Of a stretch of DNA of 64,000 nucleotides, positions 13,547 through 21,247 are shown piece after piece (position 1 is the stretch's first letter; every line of letters begins with the position of its first letter). Source of the stretch: an uncultured Candidatus Rokubacteria bacterium (GTDB lineage: Bacteria; Methylomirabilota; Methylomirabilia; Rokubacteriales; DASRDR01); NCBI GenBank assembly GCA_963805625.1, contig CAWDVE010000021.1, forward strand, positions 160,001 through 224,000. Reading direction: 5' to 3'. The position numbers and the translations under genes are program-made. Under the pieces are notes generated by a model that worked only from the letters and a program-made list of their open reading frames with translations, did not search any database and was not told the DNA's origin.

Positions 13547-13793
13547 GTTCAGCCTGCCCCCCCTCGCGCCCGAAGATCCCCGCCGCGCGGAAGAGATTGA
13601 CGAAGCCCGACGCGATGCCGAGCAAGAGCCCCACCAGCATGAGCCACGGAGCACTCCCCAGCCACCGGTCCAGGACGTAGCCTCCCCAGAAACCCAGGAC
13701 GGTGGAGATCACCAGCGTGAGCCCCACCCCGCTGAGGGACCCGAGCTGCCGGATCCAACGTCGATCGGACTGACCCGGCTCGGCTGCGCTCAC
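13530..13793 (-). CDS. AtpZ/AtpI family (ATPase gene 1) membrane protein
   Basis: GFWGGYVLDRWLGSAPWLMLVGLLLGIASGF matches the family pattern G..G..LD....T/SxPW; first gene of the F0 operon. Confidence 0.88.
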   Translation of the reverse strand: MSAAEPGQSDRRWIRQLGSLSGVGLTLVISTVLGFWGGYVLDRWLGSAPWLMLVGLLLGIASGFVNLFRAAGIFGREGGQAERDRSD

Positions 13794-13825
13794 ACCCGTG
13801 CTCCCCGAGGGGTGGTAGGGGACGC

Positions 13826-13860
13826 TTGTGAACACTAGCACAGCATGCCGCGCCCGACAA
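13826..13860 (-). promoter_or_regulatory. sigma-70 promoter of atpZIBE-rex with overlapping candidate Rex operator
   Basis: Minus strand TTGTCG-N17-TAGTGT with TG extension. Plus strand 13826-13843 TTGTGAA-CACT-AGCACAG resembles the Rex consensus TTGTGAA-N4-TTCACAA. Confidence 0.65.
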
Positions 13861-13959
13861 CCGGGGGAGCTCCGCGCACGGGGTGCGGGACCTCCCCGTT
13901 CGGCGGATGCACGACCTTGACGGCCCACGTAACGTGGCCCTCAGAGAAGGAGGCCTGCG

Positions 13960-14880
13960 ATGGCCGAGACGATCGACACCAGGGACACGCTGAACACGCT
14001 ATCTGACCAGCTGGCCGACGCGGCCGAGCACGGGGGCCGAGCGGTGGTCCAGGTCAACGGCCGCCCGCGGCGCCCGTCGAGCGGGGTCGTGTACGCGCCC
14101 ACACTCGTCCTCGTCGCCGAGCACGCCCTCGAGCGCGACGACAATCTGACGGTCGAGACGGAGACCGGGCCGTCCCTCGGCGCCCAGCTCGTCGGCCGGG
14201 ACCTCGCCAGCGACCTCGCGGTGCTCCGCGTCCTCGGTCTCGCCGCCGAGCCGGCGCGGGCGGCGTCGACACCCGCCCGGGTGGGGCAGTTCGTCCTCGC
14301 CGTCGGCCGGCCGGGCGGCCGGGAGCTCATGGCCAGCCTCGGCATCGTGAGCGCGGTCGGGGGGCCGGTCCGCACGCGCGGCGGGATGCTCGAGCAGTAC
14401 ATCCGGACCGACGCCACCCCGTACCCCGGGTTCTCGGGCGGCGCGCTGATCGACGCCCGCGGTGCCGTGCTGGGCATTCTGACGACCGGCCTGGCCGGAG
14501 GCGCGGCCCTCGCCGTGCCCGCCTCCCTCGCCTGGCGCCTCGCCGAGCCGCTCGCCCGACAGGGGTACGTCTCGCGTGGATGGCTCGGGATCGGCAGCCA
14601 GTCCGTTCGGATTCCCGCCGGCCAGCGCGGGGGCCGGGGGCACGAGACCGGGCTCCTCATCGTCGACATCGCGCCCGACAGCCCCGCGCTCCGCGGCGGG
14701 CTCCTGCTCGGCGACGTCCTGGTGACCCTGGGCGGCCAGGCCGTCGACGATGGCGAGGCCCTCCAGGCGCTCCTCGGCGGCGAGCGGGTCGGCCGGCCCG
14801 TGACCATTCAGGTCCTCCGCGGCGGCACGCTCGTCACGCTCGAGGTGACGGTCGGCCAGCGGCCCGGGCGGGGGCGATGA
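13960..14880 (+). CDS. trypsin-like (S1C/HtrA-like) serine protease with C-terminal PDZ domain, no signal peptide
   Basis: AEH, DLAVL and PGFSGGAL catalytic-triad motifs; RGWLGI, SPA..GLLLGDVL PDZ motifs; AGGAGG RBS. Confidence 0.9.
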   Translation: MAETIDTRDTLNTLSDQLADAAEHGGRAVVQVNGRPRRPSSGVVYAPTLVLVAEHALERDDNLTVETETGPSLGAQLVGRDLASDLAVLRVLGLAAEPARAASTPARVGQFVLAVGRPGGRELMASLGIVSAVGGPVRTRGGMLEQYIRTDATPYPGFSGGALIDARGAVLGILTTGLAGGAALAVPASLAWRLAEPLARQGYVSRGWLGIGSQSVRIPAGQRGGRGHETGLLIVDIAPDSPALRGGLLLGDVLVTLGGQAVDDGEALQALLGGERVGRPVTIQVLRGGTLVTLEVTVGQRPGRGR

Positions 14881-15482
14881 GCCCGGTCCTCGAGGCGATC
14901 CCCCGCACGCGTGCATGGGTGGGCCTTCCCGACGAGGTCCTCGAACGGATCAGGCCCAGCATCGTCCGCGTCCACGGCCGGGGACCGGCCGGCGCGGGTG
15001 GCGTCGTCTGGCGTCGGGATGCCGTCGTGACGAACCACCACGTCATCGCCGGCGCGCGGCAGGCGCTCCGCGTGGTGGACATCGACGGTCGCGCGCATGC
15101 CGCCCGGCTCCGGGAGACCAGCCGACGGCTGGATCTCGCCCTCCTCGAGGTGCCGGGCGCCGACCTCGTGCCGGCGCCGCTCGGCCGGTCCGCGCGCCTC
15201 CGTGTCGGCGAGCTCGTCTTCGCGATCGGCCACCCGTGGGGCCAGCCGTGGGTGGTGACGGCGGGCGTGGTCAGCGGGCTCGGCGCCCTCTCGGTTCCGG
15301 GGCGCGCGGAACCCGGCTCGTACATCCGCTCGGACGTGCACCTGGCCCCCGGCAACTCCGGGGGCCCGCTGCTCGACGCGCGCGGGAAGGTCGTCGGGCT
15401 CAACGCGATGGTGGTCGGCGGGGACCTCTCCATCGCGATCCCGAGCGACGTCGTGCGGCACTGGCTCGGCGAGGCCTCATGA
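14877..15482 (+). CDS. trypsin-like (S1C) serine protease without PDZ domain or signal peptide
   Basis: VTNHHV, DLALL, AIGHPWG, PGNSGGPL. ATG overlaps the upstream TGA. Confidence 0.9.
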   Translation: MSPVLEAIPRTRAWVGLPDEVLERIRPSIVRVHGRGPAGAGGVVWRRDAVVTNHHVIAGARQALRVVDIDGRAHAARLRETSRRLDLALLEVPGADLVPAPLGRSARLRVGELVFAIGHPWGQPWVVTAGVVSGLGALSVPGRAEPGSYIRSDVHLAPGNSGGPLLDARGKVVGLNAMVVGGDLSIAIPSDVVRHWLGEAS

Positions 15483-16093
15483 TCCGTGTCTTCGTGGCCG
15501 CCCCAACCGCCGCGCTCCGTCTCGCGCTGCGCGCGCGTCTTGACGGGCCCATGATGGCGGTCGTCGGGGACGGACCGACACCGGACGGCGCACCCGCCGA
15601 TGTGGACGTCGTGGTCATCGGTAACGCCGAGCGCCTTCTGGTGAGCAGCGACGCGCTCGCCGAGGTCGGGGCGCGCGCCGTTGTGGCACTCGCCGACGAT
15701 GAACGGCCGGCGCGTACCCTGCGCGGGCTAGGGCTCCGGGGCTGGGCCATCGTGCCCCGCGATGCCTCGGCGGCCGAGCTGCGTGCGGCGACGATGGCTG
15801 CCGCCGAGGGCTTCACCGTGCTCCCGGCAACCCTGTCCGCCCGTTTGCTGCCGGCGCGAGCCCCGGCACCGGAGGGGCCAACCGAGGAAACGCCCGAGCC
15901 TCTCACCCCACGCGAACGAGAGGTCCTGGAGCTCCTCGCTCACGGGCTCTCCAACCGCCAGATCGCCGAGCGGCTCGGCATCAGCGAGCACACCGCCAAG
16001 TTTCACGTGGCCGCGGTCTCTGGGAAGCTCGGCGCAACGAGCCGGACCGAGGCGGTGAGCCGCGGCGTCCGCCGCGGCCTCATCACGCTCTGA
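15479..16093 (+). CDS. LuxR/NarL-family regulator with degenerate receiver domain
   Basis: LTPREREVLELLAHGLSNRQIAERLGISEHTAKFHV HTH. The receiver-like N-terminus lacks the acidic pocket. ATG overlaps the upstream TGA. Confidence 0.9.
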   Translation: MIRVFVAAPTAALRLALRARLDGPMMAVVGDGPTPDGAPADVDVVVIGNAERLLVSSDALAEVGARAVVALADDERPARTLRGLGLRGWAIVPRDASAAELRAATMAAAEGFTVLPATLSARLLPARAPAPEGPTEETPEPLTPREREVLELLAHGLSNRQIAERLGISEHTAKFHVAAVSGKLGATSRTEAVSRGVRRGLITL

Positions 16094-16123
16094 GCAGGAG
16101 GACTCCAACCGCGAGGCGCGCGC

Positions 16124-17839
16124 TTACCCGAACATGCCGCCCATGCGCGCGCCGGCGATCCGGTTGATCAGGACGACGCAGACGGCCGCCACCGCGATCA
16201 GGACCACACCGAGTGCCGCCGCCTCGCTCGTGCTCCCGGCGATGTAGAAGTTGAAGATCCCGACCGTGATCGTCTCCCACCCGCCGAGCGACAGGAACAG
16301 GACGGCCGAGGCCTCCTGGAGCGACGTCATGAACGAGAAGAGCCCGCCGACCAGGACACCCTTCCAGATCAGCGGCAGCGTCACGTCCCGGAACGACTGG
16401 AGGCGCGAGGCGCCGACGCTCCCCGCCGCCTCCTCGAGCGCGGGGTGGACCAGGAGCAGCGAGGCGTAGCTCCCGCGGACGGCGTAGGGAAGCCGGCGCA
16501 CGGCCAGGACGAGCGGCAGGATGATCCAGAGGCTCGTCAGGGGGACGCCGAGACCCGGAAGTTCCCCGTGGAACGCCCGCACGTACGCGATGCCGATCGC
16601 CGTCCCGGGGATCGCCAGGATCAGCGTGTTCAGCGCATCGAGCGCGCCCCGGCCCGGCAGGCGCGTCCGCGCCAAAATCCAGGCGATCGGAAGGCCCACG
16701 ACGACGCACAGAACGAGGGCGAGGGCCGCGTAGAGCAGGCTGTTCGCGACGTACTTTGGCGTCTCCACCAGCACCCGCTCGAAGAACTGGAGCGTGTAGT
16801 GCGTCGGGAACGGCGTCAGCGACCAGCCGCGGCCGAACGCGGCCAGCGCAATCCCGAGGTAGGGTAGGAAAGCCAGGAACATGACGCCCGACAGCGCCGC
16901 GACGACCAGCGCCTGAAGAAGGGGCGGGAGCCGGCGTCGCTCCACCTTCGTGTACGCGAGCGAGGAGTAGTCCTTGATCGCCACGTAGTGCCGCGCCAGG
17001 AGCAGGAAGACGACCGCCAGGAGCACCAGGAGGGCCGAGATGACGATCCCCATTCGGAAGAGGCGCCGGTCCACGAACTGCACGATGTTGAGATAGGCCT
17101 GGGAGGCCAGGAGGTCGTGGACTCCGACGACGAGGGGGGTCACGAAGTCCGCGAACGTCCAGATGAAGACCAGCAGCGCGCCCGCCACGTAGCCCGGCGT
17201 CGTGAGCGGCAGCGTCACCGTCCAGAGCTTCCGCCAGCCGCGCGCGCCCACGCTCTCCGCCGCCTCCTCGAGGGCGGGGTCGACCTTCCCCAGGGCATCC
17301 ACCACGTTCAACGTGATCATCGGGAAGAGATGGAGCGTCTCGACGAGGAGGACGCCGTGGAGCCCATACATGAAGTTCACGGGCTGGACGAGGTCGAGGT
17401 AGTCCATGAGAAGCACATTGACCGTTCCCGCCCGGCCCAGGATGAAGACGAACCCCAAGACCCCGACGAGCGGCGGCGAAATGATCGGGATCAGCGTCAG
17501 GTAGGAGAACACGCGCCGGCCCCAGAACTCGTAGCGGACGAGCAGGAACGCGACGCCGATTCCGAGGACCGAGGACGCAGCGACGACCCCGGCCCCGAGG
17601 AGGAGCGAGTTCCCGAGAGACCGCAGGTAGAAGCCGTCCGTGAGGAACGCGTGGAAGTGCCCGAGCGTGAACCGACCGGCGTCGTCGCTGACCGCGTCGT
17701 AGAAGATCCGGGTGAGCGGGTAGAGGAGGAAGACCCCGAGGAACCCCCAGAGCAGGACGACACCGAGGGCCGGGGCCACGCGCCACGCGGGGGCGCTGGC
17801 GGCGCGCGGGAGCGCGAGGGCGCGACCACTCGGGCTCAC
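16124..17839 (-). CDS. ABC transporter permease, FbpB/AfuB type (two fused TM domains)
   Basis: Two EAA loops (LEEAAESVGA, LEEAAGSVGAS); polytopic membrane protein. Confidence 0.92.
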   Translation of the reverse strand: MSPSGRALALPRAASAPAWRVAPALGVVLLWGFLGVFLLYPLTRIFYDAVSDDAGRFTLGHFHAFLTDGFYLRSLGNSLLLGAGVVAASSVLGIGVAFLLVRYEFWGRRVFSYLTLIPIISPPLVGVLGFVFILGRAGTVNVLLMDYLDLVQPVNFMYGLHGVLLVETLHLFPMITLNVVDALGKVDPALEEAAESVGARGWRKLWTVTLPLTTPGYVAGALLVFIWTFADFVTPLVVGVHDLLASQAYLNIVQFVDRRLFRMGIVISALLVLLAVVFLLLARHYVAIKDYSSLAYTKVERRRLPPLLQALVVAALSGVMFLAFLPYLGIALAAFGRGWSLTPFPTHYTLQFFERVLVETPKYVANSLLYAALALVLCVVVGLPIAWILARTRLPGRGALDALNTLILAIPGTAIGIAYVRAFHGELPGLGVPLTSLWIILPLVLAVRRLPYAVRGSYASLLLVHPALEEAAGSVGASRLQSFRDVTLPLIWKGVLVGGLFSFMTSLQEASAVLFLSLGGWETITVGIFNFYIAGSTSEAAALGVVLIAVAAVCVVLINRIAGARMGGMFG

Positions 17840-17843
17840 GGAT

Positions 17844-18980
17844 CTACCGCGGCTCCACACCGGGCCGGGCGCCGGCCGTTCTCACCGGCTCGTCGTCCGG
17901 CAGGGCGAGCGTGACCGACGGGGGAAAGGCCAGCGTGACAGGCGTCCCGCGCGCCAGCGGCTCGTGGTGCCACGCATCCGAGATATCCGCCTTCAGCGTG
18001 AGCCCGGCGGCCGTCTCCACGTCGTACCGGAGCGTGTTCCCAAGATAGGCGGCCAGGGCGATCCGCCCGGCACAGCGGTTCCCGTGGCTGGAGGTCGAAC
18101 CCGCCCCGGGCGCTTCCACCGTGACGTTCTCCGGCCGGATCGCGAGTACCAATGGACGGCCGACGCCGACCCATTCGCCCTCCTCCGGGCGCTGAGCCCG
18201 GAGCCGCCCGAGCCCGGTGTCGACCGTGAGCGTCTCACCCGCGACCTCGATCACGATGCCGGGCACCAGGTTGTTCGTCCCCACGAAGTCGGCGACGAAA
18301 CGCGTGCGGGGGCGCTCGTAGATGTCGCGCGGCGGCCCGATCTGGAGGACCCGGCCCTCGCGCATCACCGCCACGCGGTCGGACAGGGACAGCGCCTCCT
18401 CCTGGTCGTGCGTCACGTACACCGTCGTGATCCCGAGCTCCTGCTGGAGCGTGCGGATCTCGCTCCGCACCTGCACGCGGATCTTCGCGTCGAGGTTCGA
18501 GAGCGGCTCGTCGAGGAGGAGGATGTCCGGGTTCAGCACGAGCGCCCGCGCCAGGGCGACCCGCTGCTGCTGGCCGCCCGAGAGCTGGCCAGGGTACCGC
18601 GCGCCCAGACCCGAGAGGTTGACCTTGCGGAGCCCGTCCTCGACGCGGGCGCCGAGCTCCGTCCCCCGCACGCGGCGGAGCCGGAGGCCGTACGCGATGT
18701 TCTGGAACACGGTCATGTGCGGCCACAGCGCGTAGTTCTGGAAGACCATGCCGATGTTGCGAGCGTACGGCGGGAGGTGGGTGACCTCGCGCCCATCGAA
18801 CAGGATGCGGCCCGCATCGGGCGGGTGGAAGCCGGCGATGAGACGGAGCAGCGTGGTCTTGCCGCACCCGGAGGGGCCGAGGAGCGTGAACAGCTCGCCG
18901 TCCAGGATGTCGAGCGTGACGCGGTCGACGGCCAGGACGCTCCCGAACCGCTTGCTGAGCCCGTCGAGCGCGATCTTCAG
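17844..18980 (-). CDS. ABC transporter ATP-binding protein, FbpC/PotA type (start non-canonical or frameshifted)
   Basis: The frame stays open upstream of the tracked ATG and includes LKIALDGLSKRFG and Walker A GPSGCGKT, then LSGGQQQR, DEPLSNLD and a TOBE-like C-terminus. The only start candidate there is CTG at 18980. Confidence 0.9.
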   Translation of the reverse strand: MKIALDGLSKRFGSVLAVDRVTLDILDGELFTLLGPSGCGKTTLLRLIAGFHPPDAGRILFDGREVTHLPPYARNIGMVFQNYALWPHMTVFQNIAYGLRLRRVRGTELGARVEDGLRKVNLSGLGARYPGQLSGGQQQRVALARALVLNPDILLLDEPLSNLDAKIRVQVRSEIRTLQQELGITTVYVTHDQEEALSLSDRVAVMREGRVLQIGPPRDIYERPRTRFVADFVGTNNLVPGIVIEVAGETLTVDTGLGRLRAQRPEEGEWVGVGRPLVLAIRPENVTVEAPGAGSTSSHGNRCAGRIALAAYLGNTLRYDVETAAGLTLKADISDAWHHEPLARGTPVTLAFPPSVTLALPDDEPVRTAGARPGVEPR

Positions 18981-19038
18981 GGGAGCCGCTCCCCTCCCGG
19001 GCCCGGCCTGCGACGCGCGAGGCCGGGCCCGGCGGGGC

Positions 19039-19920
19039 TCACGGCTTCTTCGGTGGCTCGGGCGCGGGCACCTTGTTCCGGACCGGCGGGAGCGACCGGA
19101 GGTAGGCGATGATCGCGCGGAGGTCGCCCTCCGCGATCCCCTGCGAGTAGTGCTGGGTCGGCATGGGGGGGAGCACCCGGCCGCCGCTGCGGCGCGCGCC
19201 GTAGATGGCGGCGATGATCTCGCCGTCCTTCCAGGCGCCGAGGCCGGTTTCCGCGTCGGGCGTCAGGTTCGCAGTGTAGCTCACGCCCCACGGTCCGGCG
19301 ATCGGGAGCCCACCGGCGCCCAGCCGGGTCGTGTCGGGCCGGCCTTCGGGGAGATAGGGTGTGTGGCAATCCATGCAATGCGCCACCGGGCCCGCCAGGT
19401 ACTCGCCGTACTTGATGGGATCCTGCCGCGACGGATCGGGCACCGAGCCCACCGGCGGTCCGTAGGACGTCGGTAGCGGGATCTTGTACTGGCTCCGTGG
19501 CACCATCTGGCGGACGGGCGTGACCGTGCGCAGGTACGCGACGATCGCCTTGACGTCGCTGTCGGCCAGCCGGCGATAGAGGTAGAACGGCATCGGAGGA
19601 CCGAGCGTCTTCCCGTCACGACCTCGGCCCTCGCGGATCGCCCGGATCACCTCGTCGTCCGTCCACCGCCCGATCCCGGTTTCGGGATCCGACGTGATGT
19701 TCGGGGTGATCCAGATCCCGAACTCCTCCGCGAGCTCGAAGCCCCCGGCGAGGTGCTTCCCGGGCAGGTCGCCCTCCGGGCCCTTGGGCGTGTGGCAGTT
19801 GCCGCAGGCACCCAGCACCTCGACCAGATAGCGCCCGCGCTCGACCGGGCTCTGGGCGGACGCAGGCAGGGCAGTCCCGGCGATGAGCCCTAGGCACAGC
19901 AGACCAATCAGTCCGCGCAC
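19039..19920 (-). CDS. periplasmic diheme cytochrome c
   Basis: Signal peptide (ASA-Q); two CxxCH motifs (CGNCH, CMDCH), each in a repeated module G.YL...CxxCHTP...NxTxD.ETGxGxW...PPMP. Confidence 0.92.
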   Translation of the reverse strand: MRGLIGLLCLGLIAGTALPASAQSPVERGRYLVEVLGACGNCHTPKGPEGDLPGKHLAGGFELAEEFGIWITPNITSDPETGIGRWTDDEVIRAIREGRGRDGKTLGPPMPFYLYRRLADSDVKAIVAYLRTVTPVRQMVPRSQYKIPLPTSYGPPVGSVPDPSRQDPIKYGEYLAGPVAHCMDCHTPYLPEGRPDTTRLGAGGLPIAGPWGVSYTANLTPDAETGLGAWKDGEIIAAIYGARRSGGRVLPPMPTQHYSQGIAEGDLRAIIAYLRSLPPVRNKVPAPEPPKKP

Positions 19921-20030
19921 GAAGTCCTGCTCCTTTCTCTGGCCCCGGCGCTGGTCCAGCGCTGGGGCTGTTCGTCAGCTGCGACGGCCCTCGACGACCA
20001 TGGCGGATACACCGGCCCGGGGCCGGCTCG

Positions 20031-21146
20031 TCACTTCTTGAGCTGGTCCCAAACGGCCTCGATCTCCTTGTGATACCGCTCGTTCACCTCCTGGTAGCGC
20101 TTCTGGGCGATGTCATCGTCGTAGACGTTCGACGTCTCCGCCTCGAAGTAGGACCGGACTCCGCCCGTGAACTCGACAGCCTTCTCGGCGACCGAACCCG
20201 GCGGGCCCTGGACCTTGTACTTGGGCGTGATGGGGAACAGTCCCCGCTCCATGAAGACGCGCTGGCCGCGCTCGGTGAGCAGGAACTCGATGAACGCCCG
20301 GGCCGCGCGCGGGTGCTTCGCCCCGGCGAGGACCGCCATCGGCTCGGGTGTCACGAAGGCGTTCTTCGGCGCGACGAACTTGATGTCGAAGCCCGCCAGC
20401 ACCTCCTCGAACGCCATGTAGGAGGGCACCGCGAAGCCGGCCGCGAACTCACCCTTGGCCACGACCGACGGCACGTCGCGGCTCCGGGCCGTGAAGATTC
20501 CGGAGTTGGCGGCGAGGCGTTTGAGCCACTGCCAACCGGGCTGATCGCCCCGGCTCTGGAGGATGATCTCGTATGTCGCGTGGCTCGAGGAGGAGCGGGT
20601 GGGCGCGCACTGGGCGACGTTACCTTTGAGCTTCGGATGGAGGAGATCCTCCCAATCCTTCGGCTCCGGCACGCCGAGCCGCCGGATGAGCCGCGGGTGG
20701 TAGACGAGCCCGTAGGGCTCGAGCGCCGTCCCGACCCAGTATCCGTCTGCGTCCTTGAGCGGGATGGGCTTGGGCTTGCCAAGCCCCGCCGGGATCGCCT
20801 CGACGATCTCCCGCGGCAGCTCATGCTTGACCAGGAGCTTCTGCTCCGCCAGCTTGTCGAAGAGGGCCGACTCGCCCCCCCAGAAGATGTCGGCCTCGGG
20901 CTTTCCCTTCCACTCGACGATCCGGCCGTAGGACACCGGGGTCCCGGCGAACTGAGCGTTCGTCCTGACCGTCACCCCCCACTTCTCCTTCGCGAAGTCC
21001 GCGAAGGCCTTGAGCGCGGCGTCCACCACGAACTTCGAGACCGGCGTCTGGAGGACGAGCTCGTCCTCGATCGGCGGCCCCTGGCCGCGCGCGGGGGCGG
21101 GAACGAGGAGCGCCAGAAGCACCAGCAGGACGGCGGTATAAGGCAC
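20031..21146 (-). CDS. ABC transporter substrate-binding protein (AfuA/PgtC-like)
   Basis: GTG after an AGGAGG RBS; signal peptide; PEADIFWGG, PKDWEDLL, APTRSSSSH...ILQ, AKHPRAARAFIEFLL. Confidence 0.9.
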   Translation of the reverse strand: MPYTAVLLVLLALLVPAPARGQGPPIEDELVLQTPVSKFVVDAALKAFADFAKEKWGVTVRTNAQFAGTPVSYGRIVEWKGKPEADIFWGGESALFDKLAEQKLLVKHELPREIVEAIPAGLGKPKPIPLKDADGYWVGTALEPYGLVYHPRLIRRLGVPEPKDWEDLLHPKLKGNVAQCAPTRSSSSHATYEIILQSRGDQPGWQWLKRLAANSGIFTARSRDVPSVVAKGEFAAGFAVPSYMAFEEVLAGFDIKFVAPKNAFVTPEPMAVLAGAKHPRAARAFIEFLLTERGQRVFMERGLFPITPKYKVQGPPGSVAEKAVEFTGGVRSYFEAETSNVYDDDIAQKRYQEVNERYHKEIEAVWDQLKK

Positions 21147-21166
21147 GGCTGACCTCCTAAGGATTG

Positions 21167-21191
21167 GTCGAACGTTTCCAGACGGTAGCAC
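21167..21191 (-). promoter_or_regulatory. candidate extended -10 with LacI/GalR-like operator upstream of the binding-protein gene
   Basis: Minus strand TGcTACCGT followed closely by TGGAAACGTTCGAC, an imperfect version of TGGAAACGTTTCCA. Confidence 0.35.
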
Positions 21192-21247
21192 TCCGGGCGT
21201 CCGGACGGAATCCCCGCAACCGTCGGGCCGCCCGGCAGTCCGAGGGG

